Below, piece by piece: positions 1 to 7,467 of a stretch of 17,075 bases of DNA; position 1 is the stretch's first letter; each line of letters starts with the position of its first letter. The position numbers and the translations under genes are program-made. A model generated the notes under the pieces. The model worked only from the letters and a program-made list of their open reading frames with translations, did no database searches and was not told the DNA's origin. Where the stretch lies: assembly GCF_006345805.1 (NCBI RefSeq), contig NW_021824933.1, forward strand, positions 1 through 17,075. Reading direction: 5' to 3'. This DNA comes from Octopus sinensis. Lineage: Eukaryota.

Positions 1-31
1 GCATGTATGTTGAATAATGTATGCATGTGTC

Positions 32-66
<35 letters not shown>

Positions 67-70
<4 letters not shown>

Positions 71-237
71 TGGGCCTCTATATAGTTTTCGTGTACCAAA
101 TTCACCCGTAAGGCATTAGTCATCCCGAGCGGTGGGGTGCATTGTAGTGGAAACTCGCCCAAAGTGCCGCCTAGTGAGACTGAACTCGCAACTACGTGGC
201 TACAAATCAAGCTTCTTAACCACAGAACCATACATGC
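67..237 (-). mobile_element. SINE family A, diverged 5' half (tRNA-derived head + body)
   Basis: Reverse complement aligns by eye to the heads at 2582 and 5482 (TGGTTCTGTGGTTAAG...AGTTCAGTCTCACT...GGCACTTTGGGCGAGT); ends at the family's internal microsatellite (31-66). Confidence 0.75.
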
Positions 238-330
238 AGAAATATCTTATAAGTAACGGTGGATTGTCTTAGATTCGGTTTCGAATCTCAGCCCGGAAAA
301 TAAAATGTAGTTTCCACATGCATACACATC

Positions 331-911
331 CTTTTCTACACTAGGCACAAAGCCCGAAATTTGGGGGGGATGATGCTAGTCGAGTAGATAGACCCTGGTA
401 CGCAACTGGTACTTAATTTATCGACCCCGAAAGGATGAAAGGCAAAGTCGACCTCGACGGAATTTGAACTCAGAACGTAGCGGCAGATGAAATACCTATT
501 TCTTTATTACCCACAGGGGGTTAAGCACAGAGAGGACAAACGAGGACAGACAAACTGATTAAGTCGATTATATCGACCCCAGTGCGTAACTGGTACTTAT
601 TTAATCGACCCCGGAAGGATAAAAGGCAAAAGGACCTGGGCGGAATTTGAACTCAGAATGTAACGGCAGACAAAATACCTATTTCTTTACTATCACACAA
701 GGGGCTAAACACAGAGGGGACAAACAAGGACAGACATAGGTATTAAGTCGATTACATCGACCCCAGTGCGTAACTGGTACTTATTTAATCGATCCTGAAA
801 GGATGAAAGGCAAAGTCGACCTCGGCGGAATTTGAACTCAGAACGTAACGGCAGACAAAATACCGCTAAGCATTTCGCCCGGCGTGCTAGCGTTTCTGCC
901 AGCTCGCCGCC
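331..911 (-). mobile_element. SINE family B, one head plus three tandem body units (~183-185 bp period)
   Basis: Head GGCGGCGAGCTGGCAGAAACGCTAGC at 911 going down. The body GAGTTCAAATTCCGCCGAGGTCGACTTTGCCTTTCATCCTTTC (B-box-like GTTCAAATTCC) occurs three times. The junction TATTTCTTTA recurs at 497 and 680. Confidence 0.9.
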
Positions 912-937
912 ATAACACGCACATACATATATTATAT

Positions 938-1246
938 CAAAGAAATGTCGAAGCGTGGAATAAATTACCTGTGGCAGTTGTTAGCTGTCAGCATTCTGCA
1001 TCCATCAAAAATTCTATATTTCATGAAATTCTCCAACACTACTCATGTCTATACACCCTTTCCTCTTCATGGCCCTTTTTCACTCTTCCCTTTTCTGTCC
1101 CTTTCAGTTTTATTCAGTTTGCTCTGAACATACTTCTCGCCTTCATTGGGGTCTTTCTTTACTTGATGTATTGCCATTTTCTCACTTTTCTCTTTTACTC
1201 TTTTCCAATAAGTTGTAATGCACTTGTATTATTATTATTATTGTTA
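938..1246 (+). mobile_element. 3' end of a CR1/L2-type LINE (ORF2 C-terminus, 3' UTR, (TTA)n tail)
   Basis: Frame from 938 reads QRNVEAWNKLPVAVVSCQHSASIKNSI, matching the R-x-x-x-x-WN-x-LP-x-x-VV...FK motif that ends CR1/L2 ORF2. Followed by a pyrimidine-rich UTR and (TTA)n at 1228-1246. Confidence 0.7.
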
Positions 1247-1247
1247 T

Positions 1248-1585
1248 GGTGGTGAGCTGGCAGAATCATTAGCACGCTGGACGAAATGCTTAGCGGTATT
1301 TCGTCTGCCGTTACGTTCTGAGTTCAAATTCCGCCGAGGTCGACTTTGCCTTTCATCCTTTCGAGGTGATTAAATTAAGTACCAGTTACGCACTGGGGTC
1401 GATGTAATCGACTTAATACCTATGTCTGTCCTTCTTTGTCCCGTCTATGTTTAGCCCCTTGTGGTTAATAAAGAAATAGGTATTTTACCCATCGCTACAG
1501 TCTGAGTTCAAATTCCACCGAGGTCGACTTTACCTTGCATCTTTTCGGGGTCGATAAATTAAGTACCAGTTACACACTGGGGTCG
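1248..1585 (+). mobile_element. SINE family B, head plus two body units, 3'-truncated
   Basis: GGTGGTGAGCTGGCAGAATCATTAGC head; GAGTTCAAATTCC(G/A)CCGAGGTCGACTTT at ~1320 and ~1504; homologous to 331-911 in the opposite orientation. Confidence 0.9.
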
Positions 1586-1827
1586 TGACTGGCATGAACT
1601 GATTAGATTTTGGGATCTATCAGGTACCGGAAAAGGATTCTGGATTACTTTTCCCTTTTTTTTTACTTAATTTTTGAGAGCGGTCGGATTCATCATTAGA
1701 ATTCTCATTTGTGAGAGCAGTCGAGTTTATTTCAGATATTCTCATTTTAAAAATCATCTCTGGCTAATCATTGAGAGGATGTTGGTGTTGCCTTGGCAGA
1801 GTTTTACGCTCTCTGAGTGCTCTTGTT
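1586..1827 (+). mobile_element. Probable 3' part of a non-autonomous Helentron/Helitron2-like (HINE-type) element
   Basis: Ends CCTTGGCAGAGTTTTACGCTCTCTGAGTGCTCTTGTT, resembling the CCTTGGCGGAGGT sub-terminal repeat + short terminal hairpin (CGCTC-TCT-GAGTG) + CTTGTT end of such elements. The matching 5' repeat is absent. Confidence 0.45.
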
Positions 1828-1853
1828 ACTATTATTATTATTATTATTATTAT

Positions 1854-2155
1854 TCTATTTTTGACTTTTGCTTTATGTCTGTACAAGTTGGCTCCAAGTC
1901 TCACCCAGAGACCTCAAGAGACAACAGGTTGGAAGTTCACGTTGTTATGCCTAGAGTGCCATATATTTGGGTTTTTTTGGTGTTGTACTAGTGAATGTTT
2001 AAGACATAAAAAAAAAAAAATAAATAAATAAATAAATAAAAATAAAAAAAAGTTTGTTTTAAACCTTGGGATTACATAGAGAGTATTTTGCGTAGGATAT
2101 GAGCAGTTCCCATGAGCACTATCTTTTGAATTTCTGCCATTTTGGGGTTTCCTGG
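1854..2155 (-). mobile_element. 3' end of an R4/Dong-like RLE non-LTR retrotransposon inserted in a (TAA)n tract
   Basis: Minus frame 2155-2072 reads PGNPKMAEIQKIVLMGTAHILRKILSM*, the QK-x-x-L-x-GTA-x-ILR C-terminus typical of R4/Dong ORFs. Flanked by (TTA)n on both sides (1828-1853, 2156-2178). Confidence 0.75.
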
Positions 2156-2180
2156 TTATTATTATTATTATTATTATTCA

Positions 2181-2406
2181 AGGTAGTGAGCTGGCAGAAT
2201 CGTTAGCACGCTGGGCGAAATGCTTAGCGTCTTTTCGTCCGTCTTTACGTTCTGAGTTCAAATTCCGCCGGGATTCGACTTTGCCTTTTATCCTTTTGGG
2301 GGGTCGTTAAAATAAGTACCAGTTGCGTACTGGGTTTTCAATGTATTCTACTTACCCACCTCCCCTAAAATTTCTGACCTTATGCTAAAATTTGAAACCA
2401 ATATTG
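2181..2406 (+). mobile_element. SINE family B monomer
   Basis: GGTAGTGAGCTGGCAGAATCGTTAGC head, GAGTTCAAATTCCGCCG, AATAAGTACCAGTTGCGTACTGGG, CCCCTAAAATTTC tail. Confidence 0.85.
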
Positions 2407-2499
2407 AGGCGGTGAGCTGGCAGGATCGTTAGCCCGCCGGACCAAAATGCTTAATGGCATTTAATCCGTTGATACGTTCTGCGTTCGGTTCCGCCGAGT
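2407..2499 (+). mobile_element. SINE family B head fragment
   Basis: GAGGCGGTGAGCTGGCAGGATCGTTAGC...ACGTTCTGCGTTCGGTTCCGCCGAG. Confidence 0.75.
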
Positions 2500-2581
2500 T
2501 TCTGAAATTGGAAGATGAACGGTGGGATGGGATTAGAGCATTCCACGATTTTTGAGAAAAAATTTCCTGAGTATCTTTATA

Positions 2582-2744
2582 GGCGCCAGCGTGGCTGTGT
2601 GGTAAGGAGCTTACTTCCCAACCACATTTTTCCGGGTTCAATCCCACTGCCTGGCACCTTGGGCAAGTGTCATCTACTATAGCTTTGGACTGATCAAAAC
2701 GTTGTGAGAAGATTTGGCAGACGGAAACTGAAGGAAACCCGTCG

Positions 2745-2825
<81 letters not shown>

Positions 2826-3265
2826 GTCTGTCTGTCTGTCTGTCTGTCTGTGTCTATCTCTCTGTCTGTCTGTCTGTCTGTCTGTCTGTATGTCTATCTG
2901 TCTGTCTCTGTCTATCTCTGTCTATCTCTCTGTCTATCTCTCTATCTGTCTGTCTATCTCTCTCTCTATCTGTCTGTCTATCTGTCTACCTATCTATCTA
3001 TATATATATATATATATAGTCTGTCTGTCTGAAAGAGAGAGAGTTGGTGCCTTTGCGTCTGTGTTTGTCCACCCACCCCACACACTACTACTTGTTGGTG
3101 TGTTTACATCCCCGTAACTTAGCAATTCAGCTGAAGAAACCGATAGAATACGTGCCCGGCTTTAAGAAAATTAAATCCTGCAGTCGATTCATTCGACTAA
3201 AAATTCCTCAAGGCGGTGCCCCAGCTTGGCCGCAGTCCAATCACTGTAACAACTGAAAGATAAAA
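2582..3265 (+). mobile_element. SINE family A, full length, with expanded internal (TCTA)/(TCTG) microsatellite
   Basis: A-box TGGCTGTGTGG, B-box GGTTCAATCCC, CORE-like GGCACCTTGGGCAAGTG; 3' half ends CAAGGCGGTGCCCCAGCTTGGCCGCAGTC...AAAGATAAAA. Confidence 0.9.
2746..3030. repeat. Compound (TCTA)n/(TCTG)n/(TA)n microsatellite inside SINE A
   Basis: Directly visible tandem tetranucleotides. Confidence 0.95.
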
Positions 3266-3492
3266 CATTGCATTTAAGTAGCCTCGGTGGATTTGTGCGT
3301 TGGCTGAATCTGTCTGGAGATGGTGGAAAAGTTTGCGATGCGAATTGATACCATATTCTTCAGGAAAACCAATTCTTTGATGGCTACTCGAAGACTTTGA
3401 TGGTTCCTCTTAGTTTTCAAGAGATTGCAATCACATTTTCACTAATGAGAAGTGCAGGATAAAGGAAAACTCACGTTCTACTTATGTCTTTG

Positions 3493-3762
3493 TTAGTGGC
3501 TAAGGTATCTGGCTCACGATCGTAAAATCGCAAGTTCAATTCTCGGCAGCGCATTGAGTCCTTGAGCAAGACACTTTATTTCACGTTGCTCCAAGTCCAC
3601 TCAGCTGGCAAAAACGAGTTGTGCCTGTATTTCAAAGGGGCCAGTCTTGTCACATTCTTTATCATGCTGAATCTCCCGGAGAACGACATTAAGGGTACGG
3701 GTGTGTCAGTGGAATGCTCAGCCACTTTCACGTTAATTTCACGAGCAAGCTGTTCCATTGAT
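3493..3762 (+). mobile_element. SINE family C (tRNA head, CORE/MESC-like body)
   Basis: TAGTGGCTAAGG...AGTTCAATTCTCGG...GTCCTTGAGCAAGACACTTTATTTCACGTTGCTCCAAGTCCACTCAGCTGGCAAAAACGAGTTG; homologous to 12830-13144. Confidence 0.85.
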
Positions 3763-3779
3763 AGTTTTAATTTTCTATT

Positions 3780-3983
3780 TAAAGTACACCACTAACTCCT
3801 AACAGTCAAGCAAAGTACACGGATAATTTGTAAGATTTTCATGCAAAGCACATCAGGCTTGAAACTTTCCGTGCAAAATACGCCGATAATTAACTCTTCA
3901 TGCGAAATGAGCCTATAATTTTTAACATTCCATACAAAACGCGCCGATATTTTTTGACTTTGCATGCAAGATACACCATTTTG
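3780..3983. repeat. Degenerate ~31-bp tandem repeat (about 6.5 units)
   Basis: Units start at ~3807, 3840, 3870, 3899, 3931 and 3963 with approximate consensus CATGCAAARTACRCCGATAATTTTNAACTTTC. Confidence 0.65.
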
Positions 3984-4394
3984 TTTTATATAGTCTCCTC
4001 GGTGTGACATGAAGTCAAGAAAGAATTCAGTACTCCTGGTCGTAGGACTCAGTCCGGCAAATATTGTGGTCAACTTAAATTGACTTCAAACATCTCCTTC
4101 AAAAGTTGTTGCCTACCTTAAGCTTGTGTTAGATCACGTTACCTAAATGAAAGCATATAAACAGTAAATGATGGGCGAATGGGTAAGATCTACAGGTTTT
4201 GCGAGACTGTCCGTGTAGGAGTCGCGTTATTTTATATTTAATTTTAACTGAAAAAAACTGATATGCAACTTATACACGGTGTAAAATCTGAATGTGAACG
4301 GGAGGGGAGGATTTTATACCAAGTTTTAACGGTAATTTAGATGTTCGACTTAGAGGTGATTCGAAACCTAAACGCTAGTCATCCCAAGTGAACC

Positions 4395-4520
4395 TTCATA
4401 GTTTCGCGTGATCGGTCTATAAATCACCAATCAGCGTGGGAATTTCGCGTGATATGGTTTTCTCGATTGTTCTAGAATAAAACCTCTTGCTCCCTCTTAA
4501 AAACCGTTTGGCGCGTAGCT
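4395..4520. promoter_or_regulatory. CpG-rich, promoter-like motif cluster
   Basis: TTTCGCGTGAT twice (4402-4412, 4443-4453), TATAAA 4418-4423, CCAATCAG 4427-4434 and E2F-type TTTGGCGC 4507-4514, in a repeat-free, CpG-retaining stretch. Confidence 0.45.
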
Positions 4521-4837
4521 TAGGAGGCAGACGACACGGGGATTTTGCACAGACGACATTGTGTATTTTTGGACCGACTGCATATTGTCAGGCTGATAAG
4601 TTTCTCGAATTCCAGAACAGTTTTTTTCCCTCTCCCAGTCGGCAATTATTAATATTGTTCATTGTGAATAACCAACACCGAATAACTTTATGTCCGGCAA
4701 TAAATACTACAGTCAAATGTTCGCGAGTTTGCTTCAGTTATTATTGACGCAGTCAACGGAATATATCTTCATTACCAGCTCAACTCAAGCGACAGCAACC
4801 ACTTAGCGACACGGTAATTAGATCTTTTCATAATCCT

Positions 4838-4960
4838 GGCCCAAATCCCGCCGTGGTCGGCTTCATCTTTCACTCTTCTTGTGTCGTTGAAATAAAGTAC
4901 CAAGGTGGATACCCTCGACTGTACCCCTCCCCGAAATTTGTGCCTCATACCGAAGCTTTA
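4838..4960 (+). mobile_element. Highly diverged SINE family B body
   Basis: CAAATCCCGCCGTGGTCGGCTTCATCTTTCA...GTCGTTGAAATAAAGTACCA...CCCCTCCCCGAAATTTG matches the family B body and tail. Confidence 0.6.
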
Positions 4961-4980
4961 GCGATTAAGATGAAGGCTGC

Positions 4981-5445
4981 GGATTGGCAGAAATAGTTAT
5001 GGGTGTGTAGTATCGTCAGTCGATGTTATGTGTTATCACCTCGTCGACTGGGCCCGTCGTTTTCGTTATAGTAAAGTAATGAGTACCAGTAATATACTCG
5101 GGTTTGGTCGATCGGTTTTACTTGTCAACTGTAAATATGGTATACAGGTCTGGTTTCTACCTCTTGACCTGTCTTGTATGAGCAGGGGGTCCTCAAGGCG
5201 CTTGCACTCCGCTGGCATAGTTCTCGGGGGTCATTGAAACATAGAAGACACGACATCATGCCAAGGATTGAACCTTGTTGGGGTGGACAGGCGGAGCACG
5301 GTGTTGTGCTTGCGTGCGCGCGCGCACAGTGGCTCGAGGACCGAGAACTTCGGACATGCACGAAACACTCGGACCTTGAGCTACTTTGTGTGTGCGCGCA
5401 CGCGTAGGCATAACACCGTGCATGGACGAAACTATTGATCTTTTT
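4981..5445 (+). ncRNA. Candidate SINE-derived highly structured RNA (multi-hairpin, ends paired, T5 at 3' end)
   Basis: Stems 5017-5025/5042-5050, 4999-5004/5052-5057, 5080-5085/5095-5100, 5144-5150/5166-5172, 5262-5266/5273-5277 and a 48-pair stem 5296-5345/5368-5421. AATAGTT (4992-4998) pairs with AACTATT (5430-5436). TTTTT at 5441-5445. Confidence 0.5.
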
Positions 5446-5481
5446 GTGACTTTGTAAATTACGTCCATTAATGATATATGT

Positions 5482-5940
5482 AGGAGTGGCTGTGTGGTAA
5501 GTAGCTTGCTTACCAACCACATGGTTCCGGGTTCAGTCCCACTGCGTGGAACTTTCGACAAGCGTCTTCTACTATAGCCTCGGGTCGACCAAAGCCTTGT
5601 GAGTGGATTTGGTACACGGAAACTGAAAGAAGCCCGTCGTATATATATATGTGTGTGTGTGTGTGTATATATATATTTGTGTGTGTGTATATATATATAG
5701 TGTGTGTGTGTGTATACATATATATATGAGTGTTTATACGTTTGTGTGTCTGTGTTTGTCCCTTCAACATCGCTTGACAACCGATGCTGGTGTGTTTATG
5801 TCCCCGTCACTTAGCGGTTCGGCAAAAGAGAACCGATAGAATAAGTACTGGGCTTACAAAGAATAAGTCTCGGGGTCGATTTGCTCGACTAAAGGCGGTG
5901 CTCCAGCATGGCCGCAGTCAAATGACTGAAACGAGTATAA
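5482..5940 (+). mobile_element. SINE family A, near-consensus full-length copy with internal (TA)/(TG) tract
   Basis: AGGAGTGGCTGTGTGGTAAG, GGTTCAGTCCC B-box, microsatellite 5640-5730, 3' end GGCGGTGCTCCAGCATGGCCGCAGTCAAATGACTGAAAC. Confidence 0.92.
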
Positions 5941-5968
5941 AAAAAAGATTATTATTCTTATTATTATT

Positions 5969-6197
5969 GAGTGAGAGAGCAGTGCATGCCATCAAAGTGA
6001 CACTGGGGTAAAATATACGAAGCCCAATATACCCATCATGACTACCCGTCTGATAAGGGTACACCAGGCACATGCATCACAACCATATGTGCGCAACATG
6101 GTGATCTCATATCAAGATAAACAGCACATGACCTTGCAGGTGGGGCCCAGTTAGAATTTTCTTCAGGTTGAGTAGCCCATCCCGCTCAAAAGGTCCC
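5969..6197 (-). mobile_element. Insertion in a (TTA)n tract, probably the 3' UTR of a non-LTR retrotransposon
   Basis: Complex 229-bp block bounded by (TTA)n on both sides (5949-5968, 6198-6252), the same arrangement as the Dong-like fragment at 1854-2155. No coding motif seen; strand inferred from a (TAA)n tail. Confidence 0.4.
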
Positions 6198-6217
6198 TAT
6201 TATTATTATTATTATTA

Positions 6218-6252
<35 letters not shown>

Positions 6253-7223
6253 GAAATTGAATCCACAAAAAGCCTTGAAGTGCAATTACTCTGGGCAGCT
6301 GTATTTTACAAAACTTTTTGTGGTTTTTATTACAAAAGTAACTTTATTTTCTTAACTGATTGAGTGCTGTTTCAAATAGTTGCAAACCATACCACACACA
6401 AACACACACATACACACACGTCTTTTAGGACGAAGCCCGACGTCGTTTGTATATATAAATATATATACACACACACACACTCAAACATATATAAAGTGCA
6501 TATAGTATATAGTGCGTGTATGTATATACACACACTGTGTGTGTGTGTGTGTGTTTCTAGCCAGGTTCATGCTATGCAATTGAAGCCATGACTAAACATA
6601 TTACCCAACCGCCTGGTGGCCAGTGGCTTGAATAATTAGCGTTAACCCGTTTTGCTCACTGGAACATGGAATAGCTCGCTGCTCGCAGATACATATAATG
6701 TAGTCTTGTATGGTTTTGCTATGTCTGGAATTTGATAAAGATAATCATCAAGGCTGAACTACGTAGTATATTAAAGCTTCAATACGTTGTTATTGCTGCT
6801 GTTGTTGTTTTCGTTGTTTGTCTCGGGTCGGTTTTAATAATAACCTCCTTTTGAATTAACCTGTCGGTTTTTAGAAAAGATTTCGTTAATATTCTCGACG
6901 AAATTAGATTCCTAGACCCAACCTGTCTGTCTGTTGCTCAATCTTGTTTTGTTTTGTTTTGTTTGTTTTTTTTTCTAATATTATCCTACAGGTTTAAAAA
7001 CAACAGCAATTGTTTTGTAGCAAAGCTGAATATCGTTCAATCGGTCCACGAATTTTTTTAGAAAGAAACAGAAAAGTTCAGTTAGTTTGAAAATAAAAAC
7101 AAGAACAACAAAAAATGCTGTATGGCGGCTTATGGCGGTTATCTTGCATATTTATTAGCAGTATTAATACCACCTACACCAGCCGGGTGTGTTTGCATTG
7201 TGTGTGTGTATATATATATATAT

Positions 7224-7421
7224 CGCCATGTTGATTCGCTAGCCTCTGCACGCATTTTTTTTCTCTCCGTGTTTCTTTTCTGTGTATCTTTCTGTTGAAG
7301 AGCATAGACTCGAAACGTAAAAGACTTGTTTTATTGATATTCCTGAGCGCCATACTAATACAATTGTTTGTTTGTACTCCACCTGCCTTCGTCTTTTGTT
7401 TATTTTCATAAAGCTTCCCGT

Positions 7422-7422
<1 letters not shown>
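7224..7422 (+). mobile_element. Penelope-like element terminal fragment (family P1) between microsatellites
   Basis: Homologous to 8838-9030 and to the minus-strand copies at 9803-9916 and 13959-14077; contains a hammerhead motif; flanked by (TA)n. Confidence 0.6.
7287..7324 (+). ncRNA. Minimal type I hammerhead ribozyme motif with variant core CUGUUGA
   Basis: Stem I TCTTT (7287-7291)/AAAGA (7320-7324), core CTGTTGA 7292-7298, stem II GAG..CTC, GAAA 7312-7315, palindromic ACGT stem III, GUA triplet ending at 7319. Confidence 0.6.

Positions 7423-7465
<43 letters not shown>

Positions 7466-7467
<2 letters not shown>

Noticed and set aside
331-911. Regularly spaced repeats resembling a CRISPR array
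   Set aside because: Whole ~184-bp units repeat with no unique spacers, the context is eukaryotic SINE DNA and there are no cas genes.
3792-4073. 93-aa minus-strand ORF of complex-looking sequence
   Set aside because: It overlaps the ~31-bp tandem repeat, has no recognisable domain and starts at a non-ATG codon.
4992-5436. Type III hammerhead topology (AATAGTT / GAAACTATT with an adjacent stem I)
   Set aside because: The position that needs CUGANGA reads CGTTTTC, so the catalytic core is absent.
4981-5445. Assignment to 7SK, SRP, RNase P/MRP, telomerase RNA or rRNA
   Set aside because: No paired GATC motifs in a 5' stem, SRP S-domain motif, P4 consensus boxes, CTAACCCT template or rRNA core sequence could be found by eye.
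5482-5550. tRNA gene
   Set aside because: A and B boxes are present but there is no complete cloverleaf; these are SINE heads repeated throughout the window.
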